This document shows positions 1 to 10,700 of a stretch of DNA of 25,632 nucleotides, piece by piece; the stretch's first letter is position 1; each line of letters begins with the position of its first letter. The notes under the pieces are model-generated. The model saw nothing but the letters and a program-made list of their open reading frames with translations, had not been told where the DNA came from and ran no database searches. The translations under genes were made by a program, and so were the position numbers. Source of the DNA: a virus (lineage: Duplodnaviria; Caudoviricetes); IMG/VR virus record IMGVR_UViG_3300025673_000017, positions 1-25,632 of that record; one strand, given 5' to 3'.

Positions 1-563
1 TCACTGACCACCATCGAAGTTGATACTGTTGATGAAACGAGATCTCCGAAATCTTGCACTTTCACTTTGAGCGTATACGTTGCCGCAGTGCTTGGAGAAG
101 TGAAGGTCATTGTTCCATCACCGTTGTCGGTGACCGCAGAGGCCGCGACAACCACCGTTCCGCTACTGTTTTCAACCTCACACCAAGGTGCGGGGGAGGA
201 ATAACTCGACCAATTCGTAATTGTGATAGTTACCGTAGTGGGTGACGGATATATCGCGGAAGGTATGGTCACCGTTGGAGTTAGCGACAACCCTAAGTTC
301 GTATTTTGCCATTCAGATGCAGTTCCGTTATATCTCAGAACCGCTCCGTCTATTAAGGTTATAGCGCCTGTGTCAACGTCGGTTAAGCCACCTAAAGTCG
401 ATGATCCACCACCAGATCCACCAAGTTCTACAATTGCCCCGGCACCGTCTTTAGTAAATATCTTTTTATCAGCAGTATTTATTGCCAACTCGCCTTGCGA
501 CAAATCACCTGTAGCCGGAGTAGCGCTCGCCGTAGTTGAGTGTTTTGTGATTATCGTAGCCAT
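1..563 (-). CDS. Tail fibre / receptor-binding protein, partial (3' end lies beyond the window); not in the supplied ORF track
   Basis: Manual translation from the ATG at 563 stays open to base 1: MATIITKHSTTASATPATGDLSQGELAINTADKKIFTKDGAGAIVELGGSGGGSSTLGGLTDVD...DGAVLRYNGTASEWQN... The N-terminus has an Mtd_N-like (K.S....P..L..GELA.N..D..lF) motif, followed by an LxxLTDV fibre motif and a Thr/Ser/Val-rich beta region. It starts 10 nt after the previous stop, with AGGGG upstream. Confidence 0.85.
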   Translation of the reverse strand, partial: MATIITKHSTTASATPATGDLSQGELAINTADKKIFTKDGAGAIVELGGSGGGSSTLGGLTDVDTGAITLIDGAVLRYNGTASEWQNTNLGLSLTPTVTIPSAIYPSPTTVTITITNWSSYSSPAPWCEVENSSGTVVVAASAVTDNGDGTMTFTSPSTAATYTLKVKVQDFGDLVSSTVSTSMVVS

Positions 564-572
564 TAAATGCCC

Positions 573-1118
573 CTAGAAAGTACCACCATCAATGGTTGAT
601 GAAGCCGTTAACTTGGCGTCTAATTCAGTGATTAGGTTTAATCCCTCGGCATGGCCTTCAAATGCAGATACTATCTCGTTTACTGTATTGATGATACTGT
701 CGCCATCAGCAGTAGTCATAGTTGAGTACCATGAATAAACTGAATTATGATTCGTCTTATCAGTACTGCTCATCAAGCCGGCCACAGAAGTCGTAGCGTC
801 TGAATAAGTCGTATCTGTTGAGCTTAAAATGCCACTAGCGATAGATAAGTTTGTGCCTACTTTAATGCCACCCAGGGCTGATGCTGTTGCGGCTGTGAGA
901 GAATAATTATTAGCGCTTGACGCAACCCCATCAAGTTTAGTTTTAAGAGCGTCTGTAAAATCATTGGCCGTGTATGTCCCTGCAATCGTAGCCATGTTGC
1001 CGCCACTCGTTCCGATAAATAGCTTATTACTATTCTCCGAATAAGCTAACTCACCTTCAGATAATGATGAGGGAGTTGCTGTTGATGTACTTCTTTTAAT
1101 CTTTAGTGTATTTGCCAT
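573..1118 (-). CDS. Short tail fibre segment / adaptor protein (181 aa)
   Basis: N-terminal IKRSTSTATPSSLSEGELAYSENSNKLFIG (Mtd_N-like). Fibre-shaft motifs NDFTDALKTKLDG, ATASALGGIKVG and ATTSVAGLMSSTDK. Ends IDGGTF. AAGGA Shine-Dalgarno upstream. Confidence 0.8.
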   Translation of the reverse strand: MANTLKIKRSTSTATPSSLSEGELAYSENSNKLFIGTSGGNMATIAGTYTANDFTDALKTKLDGVASSANNYSLTAATASALGGIKVGTNLSIASGILSSTDTTYSDATTSVAGLMSSTDKTNHNSVYSWYSTMTTADGDSIINTVNEIVSAFEGHAEGLNLITELDAKLTASSTIDGGTF

Positions 1119-1131
1119 TTAAGTTTCCTTG

Positions 1132-1683
1132 TTAAAAATACCCGCCGTTCATCGTTAAATCCTCCGGCTGAACCGAATCAATAGTGTCTGCGTCCAACCC
1201 ACTTCCCGCGCCATCAACAGTTTTAAGCCCGGTTAAAATCTCTGCGGAAGTAGCCGGCTGAAGCGCATCCAGTTCAGAACCGGCTTGCAAGGCATACATC
1301 ACCACCCGGTCAAAAGAATCTTCGACAACTTCAGCGTAAAACGCGCCCTGGTTATGAAGATCGAGAGGCTGTAAAAACGACATCTTACGTTTTAACAGTA
1401 ACTTCTCCCCCGTTAATAGCAAAGTCTGAGATGAATCTGTTGGGTCTTCGGGGTAAACAACAGTCCCACCGGCATCGTCATTGGTGCCGTTTAGGGTGGC
1501 GTCATTGTTATTGCCGTGGATTTTGTAATCTGTGTTTATTGTCAATAACGTAAGCGAGCCATCTGCGTTAACCCGGGTAACCTCTAAATCCCCTTGTGAA
1601 AATATCTTAAACGGATAATCGAACGTAGAAGCCGAATTATTTCCTGTGTATTCTTTTGAGATGGTCGTTGAAAGGATGGTCAC
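1132..1683 (-). CDS. Tail fibre attachment protein with T7 gp17-like N-terminal adaptor domain (183 aa)
   Basis: YTGNNSASTFDYPFKIF...DLEV...L.R....Q..DL.NQG.F....E..FDR..M matches the podovirus fibre-to-tail adaptor pattern. Carries a GAGSGLDAD fibre motif and ends MNGGYF. GAGG SD 6 nt before the GTG start. Confidence 0.8.
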   Translation of the reverse strand: MTILSTTISKEYTGNNSASTFDYPFKIFSQGDLEVTRVNADGSLTLLTINTDYKIHGNNNDATLNGTNDDAGGTVVYPEDPTDSSQTLLLTGEKLLLKRKMSFLQPLDLHNQGAFYAEVVEDSFDRVVMYALQAGSELDALQPATSAEILTGLKTVDGAGSGLDADTIDSVQPEDLTMNGGYF

Positions 1684-1711
1684 TGTTTACCTCGCATTAT
1701 TTCCTATAAAT

Positions 1712-1743
1712 AGTAGATCATAGTTTTCCCAAACTACTCGTCG
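1712..1743 (-). promoter_or_regulatory. Putative phage late promoter P3 (tail-fibre module)
   Basis: Minus strand reads CGACGAGTAGT-ttgggaaaacta-TG-a-TCTACT, with the same motif and spacing as the copies at 21680-21711 and 25339-25370. It overlaps the last codons of the giant gene. Confidence 0.65.
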
Positions 1744-4700
1744 GGATCTCGTTTTACTAAAAACTCCCAAAGCGAAAAGTCATTGCCTTCGGCAAAGGTA
1801 TCGTAAAGCTCTTCGCTCGAAATCCAGAGTTGACTCATCGGTAGATGGAACATATAGCCGCCCCACATAGATAAGTTTTGAAGGTCCCATTTAGTGAACT
1901 CTTCGTCCTCATCAAAAAAATCATCCAATGAGGTAAAGCCCTCGATGGACTGTTCGACGGCTTGCGGCACCGGGCTCATGCCGTAGCCATAATCGCCGAA
2001 AATTCCCTGGGCAATGTCCCGAACGCCAACCACTGACATGAACGGATAGCCCATGATCGTCTTTGCGGCCCAAATAGCTTTATCCTCATCCTCGTCATCC
2101 TCATCAGGACCCCGCCCAACAATCATCTCGCCCAACAATGACGGCAAGATCACCAGGTACATCAGTGATGTAATTGCACGCCCAGGTCCTGAAACGCCTG
2201 TTTTGGTCATTGTCGTCCGGCGCTCGAGCATATTGTAGAGTGCTGAGAAGTACGAATAGAACATGATGAACATCCGCTTCAGTTCACCCCCTCGCTGAAT
2301 CTTCGCCAGGTCTTTCACACCGCCGCCCGCTTGACTGGTCCTGACAATGGAATCTGCATAAGCCACAGCGGCATCATGATCTAACCCTTCAGCTTGCATG
2401 GCTTTTTCATAAGCCCCTAGCCATGATGGCATCGCAACAGCCATGTCTAAAAGACCGATGTGGAAGAAGTAAGTCTTAGCCATCCGCGCTTCTAAAGTAT
2501 CACCGGTCATCCGCTTTAAGGTATCGCGCACATCGCGGTCAAAAGTCTTTTGACGGTTACGCATAGCAATAGAGTTTTCCATCACGAACGCTAACTTTTC
2601 TTTGAGGCGTACTGGATTGTAAAAACTCGCGAGCCCTTTCATCGCATACTTCTCGCCGATCATCTCGATTGTCTGCATATAGCCCAATGGTTGGACTATG
2701 CCTGTGGTCACTTTCCAACCCATATAGACGATCGTCGCGCCTTGTCTAAAATGCCCAACGACTTTTTCTAGTTGACTATCAAGTGGCGCCAGGTCAGAAG
2801 CAATACCCTGGAGCCAGGGGCGAATCTGACGATAAGTTGTCCGGCCCGCCACCGCAATGATCGCTTCTTGTATTCGCTTATCCTGGGTTAGTCGATCGAC
2901 CTGGATGATCGCGGTACGGTGGGACAAATCATGAATCACATTGTTGATGTGTTCTGAGATAACGCTGATGTCTAATCGAACCGGCTGTCCACCAAAGCCC
3001 ACACGCTCAATGGTATGGCCGTGTTTCGTCGCCGGTTTAAGCCAGTTGGTTTCAAATAGATCCTGGGTTGCTTCAGCCTCTGCGTGCTTAAATGATTTCT
3101 CGTTACGGGTTGGATCTGATTTCAGCGGGTAATAACCCCCTTCTTTCTCACCAAACCGGGTCTGGATTTTGGCGCGCTCAACTTTCTGAGGGCGGACGCC
3201 AGTCAACTGAAATTCCATCTCAGCAATCTGAGGCCAAAACGAATCGATATGTTCCCAGATCGCCTGGACAAATTGCCAGTCTTTTTCGGTCATCTGTTCG
3301 TCAAATAACTGTTCAACTTGCGACGGCGTCCATTGTTCGCCGCGTAACAAGGCTTCCCGGTTACCCTGGTTTCCCCAGTTCAGCGCAATCGCTAAGATCT
3401 TCTGCTTGGGCATATTGCCCAGGTTGGTCTTAACCTTGTTACCAAAAGCTAACCGCTCTTTGCGCGTGTAAATATCGAAGATCTCTTTCAATCGCTCGAC
3501 CGAATCTTCTTGCATCTTAGACTCAATATTTTCAGCATCGGCAATCGGCTTAAACAAATAGTGCCAGAACGGCCCATCGATCTGCTCCGCATCCATCCGC
3601 CTAAACACAAACTCGAGCTTACGATGCTCGGCTAGAAATTCAGCACTGCCTTGCAAGAATTTCTTAATCTTGCTTTCCATGTAATCGACAGGGTGTTCTT
3701 TCCAGGTATGATTGTCCCTGGCAAAATCAACCATATCAGCCACGACATTTTCATACTGTCGTTTTTCATGGCTGTTGATTAACTTTTGTTTGAGTCGTGC
3801 CAGGTGAGCAATGTTCTTAATCGTGTCATCCAGGGCACGAAGATCATCGAGCTTCATGGCTTTGTAGTGGGTTTTATCCGCTACTTCCAAAAGCGCCTGG
3901 AGTTGTGGCGTGATGATAACTTCCTGGCCCTCGGCTTGACGCTCGGCCACCCATTCGGCAAATGCCTGGCGTTTTTCGATTGTCTTGAGTGATACGCTTC
4001 TTTTCAAATCAAAGCGCTCAAGAAGTTTATCGATCTGCTCCAGGTAGTCCCGGGAGATATTTCGCCGGGTCCCTGGGCGATCAAACCGTTTTAGTCGATC
4101 AACAATCTTATCGACCTCTTCCTGGGCGTCACGCGCCTCACGAAAGAGATAATGATTGATCAGTTGATGGCGTTTTTGTATCGATGCCTCGGCCCAGTCT
4201 TCCAATAAGATAGCGCGTTCTGCCGCCTTGGCCGCCCTGACTTCTGCCAGGTGATAGGCCCCGGGGCGAATTTGAGAAGTTTTAAGATCACCGATGGTTT
4301 TCTTGGCAATAGCCCTGGCAATATTGGCCGGCGTTCCAGGCTGACCGACACGGCGCGAAAGCGCGCGCAGTTCTGTGGCCAGGAAGTTTCCGCGCTGATC
4401 GTTATGAATAGCATCTTTAGCGAGTTCTTCAATCCGGCCATCCATATAGACATCGCCGAACTGATTTCGCATTTCTTGCTCAGTGGTGTCCTGGATTTTT
4501 TGCTTGCGGCTATAAAGCCGGGTTTCACCGGCACGCGGCTGATGCGTTTCAATAATGTCATCGATCATGTCTTGGCCGGTTTCATAACCGAACAGTGGCG
4601 CGATGGCATCTGGGTGAGCGCCGCCCTGGCGCGCATACGTTAGATAGCGTCCGCGCCCTGGCAATAGTCGTAACACTTCTGAGCCGCCATTCATCTTGAT

Positions 4701-7700
4701 CAGTGCATCGCGGTTAAGTTTCATGGGCTTCATGCCCGGTGGTAACGTGCCATCAAGTGCTTCGCCATGCGTTAGAAAATAAGTCGCCTGGTAAACCTTG
4801 AGTTGATTGATTTCTTTTTCAACCTGGGCATGAACAATCTTCTTGTTCTCTTTCCACTCTCTCTCTTTCTGGCGCCGGATGTCCGCTAACTTGATCCGCT
4901 CAAGTTCATCGGCCGCCGCTTTCGTGCCCTTCTCCGCGCTTTGAATATAGGCATTAAACGCTTCCTGAGTCATGCCCGCTTGCTCGGGCGTCGTAAAGGA
5001 CGGCTGATAGTTATTGACCTGTTCAGCCGCCGCTATTTCTTCGTCAGTGGCTAACATCCGATCAAACACCTGGCGAATCTCGTCGTTTAACTCGACATCA
5101 AGATTCATGATTTGTTTGTAAATATTCAGCAACCAGGATTTAAACGATTGAAAGGCCGATTGCAATTCAACCGACGGCGCCTTACCTTCAAACAAGTAGG
5201 CTTCAAATGCCCTGGCAAATTTCTCATGATGCTCGCGGGTAATCGCCTGGCGGCTTTCGACGCCCAGGAATTTTAGAATTGATCCATACTCTTGCATCAG
5301 TTCAGGATTGGCGTTATCTGCTTCGGCCAATTCACCTAGTGATTCTAAAAAGAAATGACCGGACTCATGTAAGAACGTCGATAAATTTGATGACTCAAAT
5401 AGCGAGATAACCGTCTCGTCATCTTTAAACTGAATTGATCCACGGTGTGATTCTTCGGTGCCTTGGTAGATTGGCATACCGTGTTTGTATTTTGCCCGGT
5501 CCTTATCGGTAATCTTAACGCGGTAATAGCCTTGACGATTGTTTGAGTTATTAAAATGATCGCTACCCACGTCACTAACGATATGTTCAACCTTAGATGA
5601 CAACAGTTTCTTCACTGCCGATGGCATCTTTTGTTCATACAGTAAGGTATACAAACCCCTCGAACCTTCATGCCATCGGGCTACGACGGTATTGGGATCG
5701 GGCCAGGTCAGATAATCATAGCCGCCTTCAACGGCATCCAAAATGGCACGCTTGGCGGCAAGCGTTACCCACTGGTCCTCTTTAAACGGTAGGTTGGCGA
5801 CCATGCCCTGATATTTTTGGGCGTTCCACTTGGCCACCTCTCGTTGAGCCAGGTGTTTAACCATAGCGGTAATCTGTGGGGCCTGGTTTAATTGCGTTGT
5901 GAATAACTTCACGGCGTCCTCAAATGGAATATTCACATTCAAAGCATTGTTTGCACTCACGCGAATGCTATTGACTGACATCATCTTTTCTATCATGAGC
6001 CCCGGTGCGACTGTGTCAGCCCAGGCTTTAATCGCATTAAGAGTGCCAATCTTGAACTCAACGGAAGACCGTGAGATCCGTTCCTTTTCGATATACGCCG
6101 CAAATGTCTCTGGCGTAAAGCCCTGTTCAGCGACCGATTCGAGTATTTGCATTGCTTCGTCAGGACTTAATGCGGCCGGCCTGTCTTCCCTGATTATCCT
6201 GATTAAATGTTGAGCGGAAACCACCGCGAGATCACCAACCTCACCGGGAATCCCATAGCGGACGGGCTCTTTGCCGATAGTGTTAATCCGCCACCCCGCC
6301 TCTTTTTGTATAGCGCCGTGGAATACATCTTTCAGGTTATCTTCAACCGACCCCTCCGGGTTAACGTGTTCTAAGAGGTCATAGGCGGCCTGGGGTATAG
6401 CATCCGTGGCGGGAAGATCATGGACTTTCTGTTTAACGAGATCATTTAATAAACTCACCAACGGATTTTCCAAGCTCAACTGGCCGTCTGAATCTAACAC
6501 GCTCTCGCGCCAGGATGTAGCCACCTCCAGGGCTTTAACAAAGGATTCCGCCTGTTCTTTCTCAAGCGCTTTCTCATCATGCCCCTCTGGCATAAACCCT
6601 TCTTGCTTACCTTTGGTATCCCAATCGGATTGAAACTCGTCCAGGTTATAAGTTTTGCCCGTTGCGTAGATCGGCTTCTTATGCCCGGCCATGCGATCTG
6701 CCCAGGATTTTTCTACTTCAAGTACCTCTTTTGTGCGGCCATCCCATATTCGTTGCGTGAGTGCCATTGCTTTATTGCTTTCCGCGAACTCATGTTGCAT
6801 AGACATGATGGCAATGACAAAATCGAACGTCTTATCGTCAATGTAAGTAAACTCTTTAATAGCATGGAAGGTATCAATGTCGTCCTGGGTAGTCGTCAGA
6901 ACTTCAGTTTGAGGACCGGTCCGGCCTGGATCGACCTTATCGACTTCCTCATTCGTGAGGACCCGATTACGAAGAAGCGCTCTTCGACGGGTCTTACTGG
7001 CCGCGCCATATTCCATCAGCGCCTTGCGCTTATGACTAATCACATCTTTATGCGACATACTCTCTGGATCAACCCCCGGAAGATCCAGTTTCAACAATAG
7101 CTCTTGATTGTCTTTGACTAACTCATTGACGGCGCGTGTAATCTTTCGTTGCTCCTTCTTAATGTCCTCCATCACAGACAGTGAGACTGCCGCATTAGAC
7201 TTTAGCCTTATATAAAAATCTTTGGTCAATCCCGAATTATTTGACTCCGGCGCGGCATAATAAGAGGGCACTGCCCGGGTGCCGTCATACTCGGCTTGAA
7301 GCTCGGCCTGGGCGCGCTCGATTTGGGCGATCGTGTTCTTCGTTCTAATTATTCGCTCTTTATAATCGTCCTTCGCGCGAATTTCATCCTGGTTTCTTTT
7401 GACCGACTCATCTAGGTCTACTTTCGTATTATGTCTGTACAATGTAAGGTCATGAATTTTTGTTGTTAGCTGTGTATAAGGATGGTCCTCGGGCAAATCT
7501 GAATTGTCCGCGATTAACTGGTCAGCGACATTCATTGATGCGTAAAGGTCACCTCGCTCGCCAGACACGCGCATGAACTCTTGATGAACCTCCAGGTATT
7601 TTTCTCTTAGGTCGGTAAGCTCGCCAAAGGCTTTATCAGCCTCGGCTGTGACGCTCGCTGATCTCTCTTTTTCGATTGCTAATTGCTCTTGAAATCTCGC

Positions 7701-10700
7701 AAGTTCACGCCTCAACCCTCCCACTGAGTGCTTAATCAGCACGTCATTGTTCACTTGGGTCTGATTGTCAACACCAGGAATGGCCGTAACGATACTTGTA
7801 AACTTATTCGGGGCCTCTTTCGGCAGATCGGCTATACTCACTAGCTCAACATCGGTATCAATGAGCCGGTCCCAGACCCGCATAAAGAAAAGAATATTCT
7901 GTTCTTTATAGCTATGGCCACTCTCGCGAAACTTAGGTCTGACTTCAGGCAATAAAATCTTTATCTCACGATAGTTTTCTGCGTCAATGGCACCCAAAAC
8001 TTCATTCGAGGTCGCATAGCTCGCCCAAAAAGTACCGCTGTTAAAAGTGCCTTTATCTTCAAGCTCACCGAACTCAACAGCGTTTTGGATCACTCCTTGC
8101 TCGGCGTCTTGCAATGTTCCATACTCCCCCTCAACCTGAACCCCGGCGCTGTTGAGGATTACAAATTTATCAGGACCGGTTTTATGAATTTCGTGTGCAA
8201 CCTGGGCGCTTTCATCGACCCAGACTTTATTCGGTATCGCCCGATAACTTTCTACTTTTATTTTCCAAAGCTCAGATTCCAAATCGTCATAAATCAGATC
8301 AATAAATTCAGTTGCCTGGTCATCAGAAAACCCGGCAATCGCCTGATACAAATCATCACGCTCTAAGTAATTTGCATTTTCCGATCCTATTATTGAAATG
8401 TCTCGATTTAGTTGCTCAATTAACTCATGGGGCATCCCCCGCTCTTCGCCCAAGGTTAATCGAGTATTTGGATTGGCATTAATAAACGCTAAAACATCCT
8501 CGTCTTTTAAGCCTGGCCAATCCAAAGTCGCTGAAGTCAAAGCCGCGTGTGGATTGGTGGTCGGGCTGAACGCATTACGCGCCATACGGCCTAACGCCTG
8601 GCGCTCGGCTAACTCTTCTTCCGGCGTTGCCAGTGTAACGTAGCCCCCCTTCTGTCTTTTGTCTATCCAATCAGATAAGAAGTAATGTATGCTGTCACCA
8701 TAAAATGACAGATCCCCTGGTGGGTCCACGAAAATACTATGTCTTCTCAACCGATCCATGACCTCAAACAAATCCGCTTCAACCTGAATCCTCATCGGCT
8801 CTGTGACAAGCGGGCTCTCGAGCGGAATCTCTTTGCTCGTCCATTGCAACCCATAGGCTTCGCGGATTTGATTACGCGCCTTGGCCGTGTCACCAACAGC
8901 CGTCGCCAACTTCATGACCAGGCCGTTACTCCGAATATACCCGGCGACCTCTTCCCGGGTTAGCCGAACTGGCTTGTCGTTCTCATCGGTCCGGGTTAGA
9001 AAATCTTCCAAACCCAGGGCGTCTAACTCTGTGGCCTTAACGCCTTGTATTTTTTTGACCCATTGCAGAATCTGTTTGCCACTGGCTGTCCCGTCGTCTT
9101 TCCATTCTTTTTTATTCAGCGCCAAGACGCCTAATTCAATCTGGGAATAAAGCCCTATGCCGTTTCGTTGGGCTTGGGTTGTGGTGTCGGATTGGAAGAA
9201 GGTTTTATCATCTGTTCCGCTTTGTCCATCGCCTTGAGTTGTTTCATCAGTCCCTGGATCGACGATGCCTTCTGCTCCTTCGTCAATGTCGGCTCGTGCC
9301 GCAGATAAGAGTAAAGCCAGTTTCTCATGTAGTATTTCTTGCTCGTCGATAGAGAGTCGTTTTGTAACATCTATTACCTCCTGTAAAGATAAAGGAAAAT
9401 CCTCCTGGCCCATTACATCTGCTAAAGATCGCTGAGTTATTTCAGAGTCCTTGGTTGTTTGACCATAATAACAACCTAAACCGCCATCTTTATCACAATT
9501 CATGCAAGACCAATGCTGTTGGGCCTGGGTCCACCCGGCATCCATTGGGCAAATGTTGCGACGCACCGACCGGGGAATTGCTCGGATTTGATCTTTCGGC
9601 AGATAATTGGCGCCTTGCTTAACCGGCAAAATAACCTGGACTTGCTCTGCGTGTGCATTTAACCAGGCAATGTCTTTCTCGCCTTCGTAGACAAAGGCGA
9701 CCGGTAGATCTGGATTCGCTTCAGCCATCTCGAGGTTAGAGCTATCGATAGATAATAGGCGGATATTGTACTCAGGGATTTCGCGCAAGAACTCGGCGTT
9801 CTTACTGAAGATATGCGCGCGTACTTTTCGGCGGTTCAACTCTTTAACAAACGGTAGCCATTTTACATCGCCATCGCCCTTATCAAATAGTCGAAGTGCT
9901 TTATCCGAATAATATTCCGGCATAGCCTTATAACTATCAGCGACTAACTTAGCCGCCCTCACTGGATCTTTTTCAATCGCCCAGGTAACTAATTCAGACT
10001 TATTAATACTGTTGGCATAAATGTAATTGCCTTTTGTGGCATAACAATAAGTGGCACAATTCTTAGAGGGATTACAATTTAAAAAACTAGAGTTAACCGC
10101 ATTTTCAGGTTTAGACGGATGCCCAATTAATCCGGTTGCCATTAAATAGTTCCAGGCGCCTTCTTCACCGTGATTCTTGATCGCCTGGTAAATACCCGTT
10201 TTACTACCCACCACTGACGGCGCGGTCATCGGTGAGGTGAAAGTAGGCTCTTCACCACGCAATAACATCTCTATCGCTAATCGGGTTTTAGCGCCATCCA
10301 TCGCGGACCTGGCCCAGGGCGTGCCCGCGTGTTCGCGTAATCGTTCGCGCACGGCTTCCGGGTCATCCATACGATCGATAAAGGTATCAATCGCTATCTT
10401 GTCTTCGCCCGTTAATTCATCATAAACCGACGGCTTCGTTGCTTTCCTTTGCAAATACGCATCATCCGCCATGTCCAGATCATCAGAAAAGACGGATTCA
10501 GACAGGGCTTGCTCGACCTCTGTTTGTGTCGCCTGGCCAATATGAATCCCTTGTTGTGCCAGAAAATCGACCAACTGCTCGCGTTGCTCGAGTAGATCAA
10601 TCGCTTCACGATCAACATTACGTTCTGCAAAAACCGGATCTCCGGCCATCTCTTGATCGATTGCTTTGAGCAGTGCATTTTGACCCACATCCTCATCAGC

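Noticed and set aside
54-576. Plus-strand ORFs 54-245 and 223-576
   Set aside because: Antisense shadows of the minus-strand fibre gene starting at 563, which has recognisable motifs and fits the operon.
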